Source: Ramlibacter sp. (GTDB lineage: Bacteria > Pseudomonadota > Gammaproteobacteria > Burkholderiales > Burkholderiaceae_C). From it: 64,000 nt of DNA. Below the pieces are notes generated by a model. That model was not told where the DNA came from. It saw only the letters and a list, made by a program, of their open reading frames with translations, and ran no database searches. The position numbers were made by a program, and so were the translations under genes. The stretch spans positions 2,052 through 66,051 of the forward strand of contig JACMQX010000001.1 in the NCBI GenBank assembly GCA_014376765.1, in the 5' to 3' direction. Below, in pieces: positions 50,189 through 59,810 of this stretch. The number at the start of each line of letters is the position of its first letter. The stretch's first letter is position 1.

Positions 50189-51366
50189 GGTTTGAAAGTC
50201 TCCTTGGCTTCAACATCGAAGGTCCTGACGGGCTTGAGCATGACCACCCGCTGCTGGGCTATCCGTTCGCCCACGCGCGTGCGGTCTTTCACGTCACCGG
50301 CCAGCTGGCCGCAAGCCGCGTCGATATCGTCGCCGCGGGTTTTGCGCACCGTTGTGACGATACCAGCATCACTCAGGATTTTGGCAAACGCCACGACCTG
50401 ATTTTGCGGCGAGCGGGTGAGACCGGACTCGGGGAACGGGTTGAAGGGAATCAGGTTGAACTTGCACCAAACGCCTTTGCCCGGGCCCTTGCCGCTATCG
50501 CCATGCCCGTAGTGCCTTACCAGCTCAATCAACTGGTGTGCATGGCGTGGTTGGTCATTCACACCGTCGAGCATGCAGTATTCAAAGGTGATGAAGTCGC
50601 GCGGCGCATGCTTGAGGTAGCGGTTGCAGGCTTCCATCAACTCCGCAAGCGGGTATTTGCGGTTCAGCGGGACGAGGTTGTCGCGCAGTTCGTCGTCGGG
50701 CGCGTGCAAAGACACCGCGAGGGCAACAGGGCTGTCCAGGCCAAGCCGGTCCATCATCGGCACTACGCCCGAGGTGGACACGGTGACGCGGCGGCGCGAC
50801 AGACCATAACCATGGTCGTCCAGCATGGTCTTGAGCGCGGGGATGAGCGCGTTGTAGTTCTGCAGCGGCTCACCCATGCCCATCATTACCACGTTGGAGA
50901 TGACCCGCTCGCCCGTGTTGAGGTGCTTGCGCAGGAAATGCTCGGCAAACCACAGCTGCGCCACGATCTCACCGGTGGTGAGGTTGCGGCTGAAGCCCTG
51001 ATGGCCGGTGGAGCAGAAGCGGCAACCCACAGCGCAGCCGGCTTGCGAGGAGATGCACAGCGTGCCGCGGTCGTCTTCAGGGATGAATACCGTCTCGACG
51101 GCGTCGCCATTGCCCACGTCAAACAGCCACTTGATGGTGCCGTCTTTGGAATCATGGCGGGATAAAACTTGCAGGCCCTCGACATGGGCCGTGGTCTTGA
51201 GCTTTTGGCGCAGCGACTTGGCCAAGTCGCTCATCTGATCAAAATCTGCGGCGCCGCGCTGGTGGATCCAGCGAAAAAGCTGAGTTGCGCGAAAGCGTTT
51301 TTCCCCCAGCCGTTCACAAAACGCGGCCAAGCCTTCCAGGTCAAAGTCCAGAAGGTTGGCCGTCAT
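50185..51366 (-). CDS. rlmN: 23S rRNA/tRNA (adenine-C2)-methyltransferase, radical SAM
   Basis: 393 aa with [15 protein letters not shown] (the CxxxCxxC radical SAM motif lies within [11 protein letters not shown]) and the C-terminal motif DIDAACGQL. Confidence 0.95.
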   Translation of the reverse strand: MTANLLDFDLEGLAAFCERLGEKRFRATQLFRWIHQRGAADFDQMSDLAKSLRQKLKTTAHVEGLQVLSRHDSKDGTIKWLFDVGNGDAVETVFIPEDDRGTLCISSQAGCAVGCRFCSTGHQGFSRNLTTGEIVAQLWFAEHFLRKHLNTGERVISNVVMMGMGEPLQNYNALIPALKTMLDDHGYGLSRRRVTVSTSGVVPMMDRLGLDSPVALAVSLHAPDDELRDNLVPLNRKYPLAELMEACNRYLKHAPRDFITFEYCMLDGVNDQPRHAHQLIELVRHYGHGDSGKGPGKGVWCKFNLIPFNPFPESGLTRSPQNQVVAFAKILSDAGIVTTVRKTRGDDIDAACGQLAGDVKDRTRVGERIAQQRVVMLKPVRTFDVEAKETFKP

Positions 51367-51392
51367 TTCATGTCTGGCGCCGTACCCGCGCT

Positions 51393-51818
51393 TCAGCGCG
51401 AGTAGACGTTCATTCCGGGAAAGAAAAACGCGATTTCGGCCGTAGCGGTCTCGGCGGCGTCAGAGCCGTGGACGGCGTTGGCATCGATGCTGTCGGCAAA
51501 GTCGGCTCGGATGGTGCCGGCTGCTGCCTTTTTGGGGTCGGTAGCGCCCATCAGGTCGCGGTTCTTGAGGATGGCGCCTTCACCTTCGAGCGCCTGGATC
51601 ATCACCGGGCCCGAGATCATGAATTCAACCAGATCCTTGAAGAAAGGACGCTCTTTGTGCACGCCGTAAAACTGCTCGGCTTCGCCGCGCGAGAGGTGCG
51701 CCATCCTGGCAGCCACCACCTTGAGGCCGGCTGCCTCGAAACGGGCGTAAATCTGGCCGATCACGTTTTTGGCCACTGCGTCGGGCTTGATGATGGAGAG
51801 GGTGCGTTCGATAGCCAT
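51393..51818 (-). CDS. ndk: Nucleoside-diphosphate kinase
   Basis: 141 aa: [15 protein letters not shown]...NAVHGSD (active-site His). Confidence 0.95.
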   Translation of the reverse strand: MAIERTLSIIKPDAVAKNVIGQIYARFEAAGLKVVAARMAHLSRGEAEQFYGVHKERPFFKDLVEFMISGPVMIQALEGEGAILKNRDLMGATDPKKAAAGTIRADFADSIDANAVHGSDAAETATAEIAFFFPGMNVYSR

Positions 51819-51897
51819 TTTGTTTTCCTGAGCTTGAAGTTTTAGAGTCGTTTGCCGGATGGAGCAAAGCCTGTGAGTTTAACCTGAGCGGCCTGCC

Positions 51898-53610
51898 CTA
51901 TCGGCCACCACGGTTACCGCCGCGGCGCTGGCCGCCACCCATGTTGCCGCCCCCACTACCGCCACCACCGCCACCGCCACCACCGCCACCGCCACCACCA
52001 CCGCCACCACGGCGTGGCCCGCCCTGCCCCTGGCCTTGACGCTGGCGGGCGAAACTGTCGGCTCCGATATAGCCAAACGCTGTTTTCATCGGGTCGGGCT
52101 GCGCGCCGGCGCCGCCCTGGCTGTTGCCTCCGCGGTCGTTGCTGCGGTCACGTCGTCTTTGCCCCTGGCCAGCGGTGGTTGAGGTTGTGAGCGGATTGGG
52201 CATCGGCGCTTCGCGCTGGCCCCCGCCACGTTGCGCGTCACTGCGCTGGCCCGCATTGTTTCGCTGGCCGCCATTGTTTCGTTGCCCGCCATCATTGCGC
52301 TGGCCGCCGCCGCTACGCTGGCTGCCGCCATCACGCTGGCCGTCCCCGCGCGGGGCTGCGCCAGTGCGCGGGCCCCTGCGGCGGTTGCGGTTGCCGCGCC
52401 CGGCACCCTCCCGCGCCGGCCCTTCGCCATCAGCCGCTTCAGGGCCGCGACGCGGGGCGCCGTCGGAACCGGCGGCCTGCACCAGCGAGCGGATGTCGCC
52501 TTCATCGAGCTCCATCCACGCACCGCGCTTGAGGCCCCGCGGCAACAGCATGGCGCCGTAGCGGATGCGGATCAGCCGGCTCACCGCGTGGCCGACAGCC
52601 TCGAGCATGCGGCGCACTTCGCGGTTGCGGCCCTCGGAAATCGTCACGCGGTACCAGTGGTTGGAACCTTCGCCGCCGCCTTCTTCAATCGAGCCGAACT
52701 GGGCCATGCCATCGTCCAGCTGTACGCCTTCGAGCAGGCGTTTTTTCTCTTCGCTACTCAAGGCGCCGAGCACGCGCACGGCGTACTCGCGCACCAAACC
52801 AAAGCGCGGATGCATCAGCTTGTTGGCCAGTTCACCCGAACTGGTGAGCAGCAGCAGGCCTTCAGTGTTCAGGTCAAGCCGGCCGACCGACTGCCACTTG
52901 CCCTGAAACAGTTTCGGAAGTTTGCGAAAGACCGTGGGCCGGTTTTGCGGGTCGTCATGCGTGACGACTTCGCCAATCGGCTTGTGGTACGCAATGACGC
53001 GCGCCGGCGGCGGGTCGATGCGAAAGCGGATCGGCTTGCCGTTGACTTTGATGTGGTCGCCAAACTGGATGCGCTGGCCAATGTGCGCCGGCTCGTTGTT
53101 GACAGAGATGCGCCCTTCCATGATGAGCTGCTCCATCTCCAGGCGCGAACCCAGGCCGGCCTGCGCCAGCACCTTGTGCAGCTTGGGCGTTTCTGCCTGC
53201 GGCGCAAGCACGCGCTTGGTGATGATGACGTCTGGCGCCTCTTCATCAGCGTCAAACTGGCCCGACACCACATCGGAGAAACGGATCGGCTCAGCTTCAG
53301 GAGCGGTGCCGGCGTTCCGGGCGGTGCGGCGCTGCTCGCGGTCTTCGTCGTCTTCATCCGGGTCGTAGTCGGCGTCGTCATCGTCGCCGTCATCACCGTC
53401 GTTGTCGCTGGCCTCATTGCGGCCGCTGGCGCCGGCATGCGCCTGATGCACTGGCTTGACGGCAGGTGCATCCGCAGGCAGCGACGGCGGATGCGGATGC
53501 ACCTGCGGCTGCGGCTGCGATTGCGATTGCGATTGCGATTGCGCAGTGAGGGACTCAGGCGATTCGGGCAGTTCAGGCACGTTGGTGTCGCCGGGGATGG
53601 ATTCATTCAT
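51898..53610 (-). CDS. rluB: 23S rRNA pseudouridine synthase RluB-type with long low-complexity N- and C-terminal tails
   Basis: 570 aa with a central S4 domain plus RsuA/RluB catalytic core ([14 protein letters not shown]). The N-terminal ~130 aa are acidic and SQ/PQ-rich. The C-terminal ~190 aa are an RGG/QRN repeat tail ending in a G17 run. Confidence 0.85.
   Translation of the reverse strand: MNESIPGDTNVPELPESPESLTAQSQSQSQSQPQPQVHPHPPSLPADAPAVKPVHQAHAGASGRNEASDNDGDDGDDDDADYDPDEDDEDREQRRTARNAGTAPEAEPIRFSDVVSGQFDADEEAPDVIITKRVLAPQAETPKLHKVLAQAGLGSRLEMEQLIMEGRISVNNEPAHIGQRIQFGDHIKVNGKPIRFRIDPPPARVIAYHKPIGEVVTHDDPQNRPTVFRKLPKLFQGKWQSVGRLDLNTEGLLLLTSSGELANKLMHPRFGLVREYAVRVLGALSSEEKKRLLEGVQLDDGMAQFGSIEEGGGEGSNHWYRVTISEGRNREVRRMLEAVGHAVSRLIRIRYGAMLLPRGLKRGAWMELDEGDIRSLVQAAGSDGAPRRGPEAADGEGPAREGAGRGNRNRRRGPRTGAAPRGDGQRDGGSQRSGGGQRNDGGQRNNGGQRNNAGQRSDAQRGGGQREAPMPNPLTTSTTAGQGQRRRDRSNDRGGNSQGGAGAQPDPMKTAFGYIGADSFARQRQGQGQGGPRRGGGGGGGGGGGGGGGGGSGGGNMGGGQRRGGNRGGR
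51958..52008 (-). repeat. 17 consecutive Gly codons ((ACC/GCC)n on the plus strand) in the rluB tail
   Basis: Counted codon by codon from the stop at 51898. Confidence 0.9.
53503..53552 (-). repeat. Hexanucleotide microsatellite (CTGCGG)2-3 followed by (TTGCGA)4, encoding [12 protein letters not shown]
   Basis: Read directly: ...CTGCGGCTGCGGCTGCGATTGCGATTGCGATTGCGATTGCGC... Confidence 0.85.
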
Positions 53611-54320
53611 GGCGTGTGTCCTGTTGGCGGAGCGATTTCATCGCGGGTGTCTTGTTGATTGGCCGACTCATCGCTGGCTGGCTGGGCCTCAAGCTCGGAG
53701 ATGGCATCCTCGTTGGCAGCAGCCTCGGGCATGACGGCATCCATCGGCAAAGCGGCCTGGGCTTCATCTGGCGCCAGGCCCAGTTGCGCCAGCGCGCTGG
53801 CCTGCGTGCCGGGGCTGTCCAGCGCGGGCAGCCGGTCAAGCGATTCAATGCCCAGGTCGTCCAGGAACTGGCGCGTGGTCGCATACAGCGCCGGGCGCCC
53901 GGCCGCCTCGCGGTGGCCAATCACCTCGACCCAGCCGCGGTCCTCCAGCTGCTTGATGATCAGCGTGTTGATGGTCACGCCGCGAATGTCTTCCATGTCG
54001 CCGCGCGTGACGGGCTGGCGGTAGGCAATGATGGCCAGCGTTTCAAGTGTGGCGCGGGTGTATTTGGGCGGCTTTTCGGGGTGCAAACGGTCCAGGAATT
54101 CGCGCATTTCTGGCCGGCTCTGGAAGCGCCAGCCGCTGGCCACGCTCACCAGTTCCACGCCGCGCCGGGCCCAGTCGTCCTGCAGGTCCTGAAGCAGCGT
54201 CTTGATCGTGTCAGCGCCAAGTTCATCGTTGAACAGGACGCGCATCTCGCGAACCGGCAAAGGCTGCTGTGAGCAGATCAAGGCTGTTTCGAGGACGCGC
54301 TTGGCATCCACCGTATTCAT
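53607..54320 (-). CDS. scpB: SMC-Scp complex subunit ScpB
   Basis: 237 aa with ScpB winged-helix pattern: EALLFAS-like [42 protein letters not shown]. Confidence 0.85.
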   Translation of the reverse strand: MNTVDAKRVLETALICSQQPLPVREMRVLFNDELGADTIKTLLQDLQDDWARRGVELVSVASGWRFQSRPEMREFLDRLHPEKPPKYTRATLETLAIIAYRQPVTRGDMEDIRGVTINTLIIKQLEDRGWVEVIGHREAAGRPALYATTRQFLDDLGIESLDRLPALDSPGTQASALAQLGLAPDEAQAALPMDAVMPEAAANEDAISELEAQPASDESANQQDTRDEIAPPTGHTP

Positions 54321-54477
54321 GTTGTGCTTTTTCCGGGAACAGGCGCCATGAGGCGCGATTCACAATAAAGCGCCACTGGGACGCAATTCATTTTCGGGGG
54401 CATTGCCGGCAACCTGCGGGGCCTTGCAACGCGTGCCACCGGCAAGGCCTGCCTGGGCGTTTGCGGCCCTAGAACCG

Positions 54478-55497
54478 TTAGCTGCGATTGTACAGCCCCC
54501 AGTGGGCCAACGCCTCTGCCATGTCACCCGGCAAAGGCGCGCTGAACGCCAGGGAATCGCCCGTGACAGGGTGGGTAAAAGCGAGCTTTTCAGCATGCAG
54601 CGCCTGGCGCGCCATACCTGCCGCCGGGGCGCCACCATAGGTTTCATCGGCCACGAGCGGATGGCCGATTGATGCGAGGTGGACCCGGATCTGGTGCGTG
54701 CGGCCGGTCTGCAGCGTGCAGCGCAACCAGCACCCTGCAGCGGCGTTCTCCAGCAGATCAAAACGCGTTCCGGCTGTCTTGCCGCTCTGGCGCGCCAGAT
54801 CCACCACCGCCATGCGCAACCGATTGCGCGGGTCGCGGCCTATGGCAGAGTCGACCTGGCGCGAGCCGGGGCTGGTCCATACGCCATGCGCCAGCGCCAG
54901 ATACTGCCTGCTCACCTCACGCGCGGCGATCATGCGCACCAGCGCGTCCATCGCGCCGCGCGTGCGGGCCACGACCATCAGACCGCTTGTGTCCTTGTCC
55001 AGCCGGTGCACGATACCGGCGCGCGGCATGTTGGCAGCGAGCGGGTCACGGGCCAGCAAGCCGTTGAGCAAGGTGCCGCTCCAGTTGCCAGGCGCCGGGT
55101 GCACCACCAGGCCTGCTGGCTTGTTGACGACCAGCAGGTGTGCGTCTTCATACACAACGTCCAGCGCCATGAGTTCCGGTTTGAAGGCCTGGCTCTGGGG
55201 GGTTGGCCGCAGTTCTATCGTGCCGCTGTCGCCAGCCTTCAGGCGCGCCGCCGCCTTGTGCATGACGGCACCGTTGATGGAGACGGCCCCCGCTTCGATA
55301 AGTTGCTGCAGGTAGCTGCGCGAGAACTCGGGCACAAGCGCCACCAGCACGCGGTCCAGCCGTTCGCCGTGTTCGGCTGCACCCACCGAAAGCTCACGCA
55401 ATTCCGCATCGGGGCCAGCCTCGGCGTTGTCGCTTTCGGCCTCAACCAGCGGTGTGGGCTCCGGGTCGGTCGATATAATGAATTTGCTTTGTTTCAA
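54478..55497 (-). CDS. rluD: 23S rRNA pseudouridine(1911/1915/1917) synthase
   Basis: 339 aa with an S4 domain plus HRLDKDTSGLMVVA and the RluA-family core. Divergent from bamD, the conserved arrangement. Confidence 0.9.
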   Translation of the reverse strand: MKQSKFIISTDPEPTPLVEAESDNAEAGPDAELRELSVGAAEHGERLDRVLVALVPEFSRSYLQQLIEAGAVSINGAVMHKAAARLKAGDSGTIELRPTPQSQAFKPELMALDVVYEDAHLLVVNKPAGLVVHPAPGNWSGTLLNGLLARDPLAANMPRAGIVHRLDKDTSGLMVVARTRGAMDALVRMIAAREVSRQYLALAHGVWTSPGSRQVDSAIGRDPRNRLRMAVVDLARQSGKTAGTRFDLLENAAAGCWLRCTLQTGRTHQIRVHLASIGHPLVADETYGGAPAAGMARQALHAEKLAFTHPVTGDSLAFSAPLPGDMAEALAHWGLYNRS

Positions 55498-55511
55498 GAA
55501 GGTTGCCAGTG

Positions 55512-56318
55512 ATGCTTCGTGCCAAATTATCGGTTGTCCCCGCCCTGTACATGGCGGTTCTCGCCGTGCTGCTGTCCGCCTGTTCTACCGCCACGGTGGA
55601 TCAAACTGCGGGCTGGAGTCCGAATAAGATCTACGCCGAGGCCAAGGACGAGATGAACTCCAATGCGTGGGACAAAGCCATCACGCTGTTTGAAAAGCTG
55701 GAAGGCCGCGCCGCCGGCACCCCGCTGGCGCAGCAGGCCCAGCTTGAAAAAGCCTATGCCCAGTACCGCGGCGGCGAGCAGGCTCAGGCCATTGCCACAC
55801 TGGACCGCTTCATCAAGCTGCATCCGTCCAGCCCGGCGATTGACTACGCGCTTTATCTAAAGGGCGTAGTCAACTTCAACGACAACCTGGGTTTCTTCTC
55901 GTTCCTCACCCGCCAGGACCTGGCCGAGCGTGACCAGAAGGCGTCCAAGGAGTCGTTTGAGGCCTTCAAGGAACTGGCCACCCGCTTTCCCGACTCCCGT
56001 TACACACCCGACGCTCGCCAGCGCATGACTTACATCGTGAATTCGCTGGCCCAGTATGAGGTGCATGTGGCGCGCTACTACTACACGCGCGGTGCCTATG
56101 TGGCTGCGCTCAATCGCGCCCAGATCGCGGTGGCTGATTACCGCGACGTGCCGGCCCTTGAAGAAGCGCTCTACGTGATGATCCAGTCCTATGACAAGCT
56201 GGGCATGACCGACATGCGCGATGACGCCCGCCGCGTCATGGAAAAAAGCTACCCCAAAAGCGAGTTCCTGTCGCGCGGCTTCAAGTCCAACTCGGATCCG
56301 TGGTGGAAGTTCTGGTGA
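55512..56318 (+). CDS. bamD: Outer membrane protein assembly factor BamD
   Basis: ATG 55512 preferred (MLRAKLSVVPALYMAVLAVLLSAC, with lipobox). TPR-like YfiO motifs. The ORF track starts 9 nt earlier at TTG. Confidence 0.9.
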   Translation: MLRAKLSVVPALYMAVLAVLLSACSTATVDQTAGWSPNKIYAEAKDEMNSNAWDKAITLFEKLEGRAAGTPLAQQAQLEKAYAQYRGGEQAQAIATLDRFIKLHPSSPAIDYALYLKGVVNFNDNLGFFSFLTRQDLAERDQKASKESFEAFKELATRFPDSRYTPDARQRMTYIVNSLAQYEVHVARYYYTRGAYVAALNRAQIAVADYRDVPALEEALYVMIQSYDKLGMTDMRDDARRVMEKSYPKSEFLSRGFKSNSDPWWKFW

Positions 56319-58329
56319 GTTCGTCCAGCGCAGCCCGGAATTCATCTTCCGACTGAAGCTGGCGCATTGCTGGCAGGGCCGCCATCAGCCGCCGCCCGTA
56401 ACCCATGCTCGTGAGCCGGGTGTCACACACCACCAAAATGCCGCAGTCTGACTCGCGCCGGATCAGTCGCCCGGCGCCTTGCTTGAGCGCAACGGCCGCC
56501 TCGGGCACAAAGTAATCGTTGAAAGGGCTTCGGCCTGACGCTTCCAGCCGCTGCGAACGGGCCTCTACCAGCGGGTCGCCCGGCGGCGGGAACGGCAGCT
56601 TGTCGATGATCACCATCTGCAGCGCGTCGCCCGGAACGTCCACGCCTTCCCAGAAAGAGGCTGAGGCCACCAGCACGCAGCCGGGCCGGCCCTCCGAGTC
56701 ACCCTGGCGGAAGCGCTCCATGAGCCTGCGCTTGGGCAACTGGCCCTGCACCAGAACCTCAACACCCTGCGAGCCTTCAAAGCGCAACTGCAACGCCTCC
56801 CCAATAGTCCGCAGCGCCCGCAGCGTGGTGGTGAGAACCATGGTGCGCCCTCCCAGCCGTTGCACGGCCTGGCCAGCCAGCTCGGCAACCTGCGCGCTGT
56901 GGGCCGGATCGGCGGGGCGCGCGATATGACGCGGCACATACACCGAAGCCTGGCGCGCATAGTCAAACGGGCTGCCGACCCGAAGGATGTCCGCATCCGT
57001 CAGGCCGCAGGGCTCGGTGAACCAGCGCAGCTTGGGGTCGTCGCCCAAGGTGGCTGAGGTGAATATCCACGCCCTGGATTGCTCCGGTGCTTCTTCGGCG
57101 CCGGCTTTCCGGTTGAGCATTCGGCTTTGAACCGCTTCTGCAATGTCCAGCGGCGACTCCACCAGGCGCAGCTGTGTCCCGACGTCCACCCAGCGCACCG
57201 AGCCAGGCGCGCAGGCACGGGTGAACCGCTCGGCGCGGGATGCAAACTCAGCGGCACGTTCATGCAGGCGGACAAAGTCGGGGGCAAGCTCGCTCACCGT
57301 GTCCAGCGCCGCCATGGCCTGCTCGCAGGCTTGGTGCACGTCGTCCAGCGCCTGGCTCCATGCCTGCCCATCCACGTTCTCCGGCGCGGCTCCTGTCCAG
57401 CGCAACTTGGCGCCCGGCCAGGTCTTGCCCACCACCAGCCGCAGGTCTCGCGCCGCCTTTTCAACCTTGGAAACTACCAGTTGCCAATCCACCAGTCCCC
57501 GTGCCAGTTGCAGGCCAGCGGCGAGCATGTCGCGGCCAAAGTCCAGCACCTGCCCGGTGGTGAGCTGGGCGCCGAGAAATTGCACACCCGTCTCGTTGAG
57601 CTGATGCGCCTCATCAAAAATCACCACCCGGACCGAGGGCAGCAACTCGGCCATGCCGGATTCGCGCACCGCCAAGTCGGCAAAAAACAGGTGATGGTTC
57701 ACCACCACCACGTCCGCCGCCAGCGCCTCGCGCCGCGCCAGGTTGACGTGACAGGCCTTGAATTTCGGGCACTGCGAGCCCAGGCAGTTATCGCGGGTTG
57801 ATGTGACCAGCGGGATGAGGGGTGAGCGTTCGTCCAGGCCCTCCAGTTCCGCCAGATCCCCTGTGCGGGTGACCTGTGCCCACTGCTCAACCTTCGCCAA
57901 CGCACGCACCGAGGTTCGGTCGGGCAAGGTCGCCTCGCTGCGTGCCAGCTCCATGCGGTGCAGGCACAGGTAGCTGCCGCGCCCCTTGAGCAGGGCCGTG
58001 CGCACCGGCAAACCCAGGGCCTGCACCAAGCGCGGCAGGTCGCGGCCGAAGAGCTGGTCCTGCAAGGTCTTGGTCGCGGTGGACAGCAGCATGCGCTCGC
58101 CGCTGAGCAATGCGGGCACGAGGTAGGAAAAGGTCTTGCCTACCCCCGTGCCAGCTTCCACGACCAGGACCCCGCCGTCTTCAATGGTGCGCGCCACGGC
58201 CATGGCCATGTCGGTCTGCTCCTGGCGGGGGAGGAAATGGTCGGCAGCGCGCGACAGCACGCCTTCGGGGGCGAAGGCTTCACGGACCATCGGTTGAAGG
58301 CCGCCTTCGTGCGGCAACGGGCTGTTCAC
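56281..58329 (-). CDS. ATP-dependent DNA helicase, DinG/YoaA (XPD-like Fe-S) family
   Basis: 682 aa with Walker A AGTGVGKT, the DEAH box (IFDEAHQL), an Fe-S Cys cluster (YLC...DNCLGSQCPKFKAC) and a helicase C2 domain. Confidence 0.85.
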   Translation of the reverse strand: MNSPLPHEGGLQPMVREAFAPEGVLSRAADHFLPRQEQTDMAMAVARTIEDGGVLVVEAGTGVGKTFSYLVPALLSGERMLLSTATKTLQDQLFGRDLPRLVQALGLPVRTALLKGRGSYLCLHRMELARSEATLPDRTSVRALAKVEQWAQVTRTGDLAELEGLDERSPLIPLVTSTRDNCLGSQCPKFKACHVNLARREALAADVVVVNHHLFFADLAVRESGMAELLPSVRVVIFDEAHQLNETGVQFLGAQLTTGQVLDFGRDMLAAGLQLARGLVDWQLVVSKVEKAARDLRLVVGKTWPGAKLRWTGAAPENVDGQAWSQALDDVHQACEQAMAALDTVSELAPDFVRLHERAAEFASRAERFTRACAPGSVRWVDVGTQLRLVESPLDIAEAVQSRMLNRKAGAEEAPEQSRAWIFTSATLGDDPKLRWFTEPCGLTDADILRVGSPFDYARQASVYVPRHIARPADPAHSAQVAELAGQAVQRLGGRTMVLTTTLRALRTIGEALQLRFEGSQGVEVLVQGQLPKRRLMERFRQGDSEGRPGCVLVASASFWEGVDVPGDALQMVIIDKLPFPPPGDPLVEARSQRLEASGRSPFNDYFVPEAAVALKQGAGRLIRRESDCGILVVCDTRLTSMGYGRRLMAALPAMRQLQSEDEFRAALDELTRTSTTDPSWT

Positions 58330-58547
58330 GCGGGCTCTTTGGGATCCAGGGCCAGTTCCATACGGCAGATCTGGTCGCGCAGCGCGAGTCGCCGCTTTTT
58401 CAGGCGCTGGACCATGAGCTCGTCCAGCGGCGTCTCGTGCGCGATGCGGTCTACCAAAGCATCCAGGTCTGCATGCTCCATGCGCAGCTCGATGAGCCGC
58501 CTTTCAGGCGAGTGCAGGTTGGTGTCCAAAGCGTCGATCATGGCCAT
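58326..58547 (-). CDS. DUF465 (YdcH-like) small protein
   Basis: Start is MAMIDALD at 58547, with GGAAGA upstream. LIELRMEHADLDALVD...LKKRRLALRDQI is the typical DUF465 pattern. A 4-nt overlap with the helicase start suggests coupling. Confidence 0.7.
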   Translation of the reverse strand: MAMIDALDTNLHSPERRLIELRMEHADLDALVDRIAHETPLDELMVQRLKKRRLALRDQICRMELALDPKEPA

Positions 58548-58632
58548 TAGGGCGTTCTTCCGGTTCGTTTGATAATACGTGTTTAAGAGTGATAAATCGA
58601 GCGTAGCCCTTGTGCGCGACGAGCCATTGAAT

Positions 58633-59442
58633 ATGCCCAAAGGTTACCGACTTACAGCTTCCACCGGCATCCACAAGGGTGACCGCGAATACCAGCAGGA
58701 CCAGGTAGCCCTGCTCAGCCATGCACGCCAGCCTGGCTGCGTGCTGGGCGTGGTGGCCGACGGGATGGGCGGGCGCAGCGGCGGGCGCAAGGCCTCCGAC
58801 CAGGTGATGATGACGGTCAAGCAGCTGTTTGAACGCTACTCTCCTGACTCGGACGATGCGCCGTCCATGCTCAAGCAGATGGTGCAGGAAGCGCACATCG
58901 TCATCAAGCTCACAGCCATCTCGGCCGAGCAGGAACCGCACAGTACCTTTGCCGCCTTCCTGATCAATCCCGCCGGGGATTGCCACTGGGTGCATGCCGG
59001 CGATTCACGCATCTATCACTTTCACGGCAACAAACTGGTCAAGCGCAGCATGGATCATTCCTATGTGCAGACGCTGGTCGACCGCGGCGAGATCACTGAT
59101 GAAGAAGCCAACATTCACCCCCAGTCCAACATTCTGATGGGTTGCCTGGGCACAGAGGATGACCCACCGGCAGACGTTCACTTCATTCCCCTGCTGCGCC
59201 CGGGTGATGTGCTGATGGCCTGTAGCGATGGCGTGTGGCACTACTTCAGCCCCAGCGAGCTGGGGTCGGTGCTGTCTTCGCTCTCGCCGCGCGAGGCGAC
59301 CGAATTCCTGATCGAGAAAGCCCGCTCGCGGGGCCGTGGGGGCGGTGACAACCTGTCTCTGGTGATCGTCAAACTGGAGCCGCTGGAGCCTGAAAAACCG
59401 GTAGTCCCGCCTCTTTCGTCCTTGCCTCCGTTGGGCCGCTAA
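58633..59442 (+). CDS. PP2C-family Ser/Thr protein phosphatase
   Basis: Start is MPKGYRL at 58633, 269 aa. Motifs: REYQQD, VVADGMGG, HAGDSRIY, ACSDGVW, GGGDNLSLVIV. Confidence 0.8.
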   Translation: MPKGYRLTASTGIHKGDREYQQDQVALLSHARQPGCVLGVVADGMGGRSGGRKASDQVMMTVKQLFERYSPDSDDAPSMLKQMVQEAHIVIKLTAISAEQEPHSTFAAFLINPAGDCHWVHAGDSRIYHFHGNKLVKRSMDHSYVQTLVDRGEITDEEANIHPQSNILMGCLGTEDDPPADVHFIPLLRPGDVLMACSDGVWHYFSPSELGSVLSSLSPREATEFLIEKARSRGRGGGDNLSLVIVKLEPLEPEKPVVPPLSSLPPLGR

Positions 59443-59537
59443 AGCGGAAAAGTCCAGTGCCCGAACCAGACTTTGGTCTGGGCAGCCTGCGGGTGAGACA
59501 GCGCAAAATTATTGCTGTTTCCCCAAGGAGTGTGATC

Positions 59538-59786
59538 ATGACGATTGAGATTCAAGGCACGTCCGGCACAGGCTTGCCCGCAGGCGGCTCCACGATGACC
59601 CAGCCGGTGGACCCCGAAAGCCTGCGGCGGTTCAACACGGCTGCCAACGGCCCACTGCCAAGCTTTGACAGCACTCACGAGATCACGCCGGACGACCTTT
59701 GGCGGACTATTTATTCGCTGATCACGCGAAAGATTCTGGAAGATGCCCGGGTGCAGGGAGAGCGTTTGAAGGATGCGCTTCGGTGA
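59538..59786 (+). CDS. Hypothetical small protein (82 aa)
   Basis: ATG 59538 is preceded by a strong AAGGAG with 7-nt spacing. No recognisable motif. Lies immediately downstream of the PP2C gene. Confidence 0.5.
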   Translation: MTIEIQGTSGTGLPAGGSTMTQPVDPESLRRFNTAANGPLPSFDSTHEITPDDLWRTIYSLITRKILEDARVQGERLKDALR

Positions 59787-59810
59787 CGGCTTCGCTGCGA
59801 GCAGTCGCAG

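Noticed and set aside
51944-53560. Short tandem repeats in rluB considered as a possible CRISPR or other noncoding repeat array.
   Set aside because: The units are 3-6 nt (or 15-nt codon repeats) with no spacers. They lie in frame inside a CDS whose core is a clear pseudouridine synthase. They are coding microsatellites, not CRISPR.
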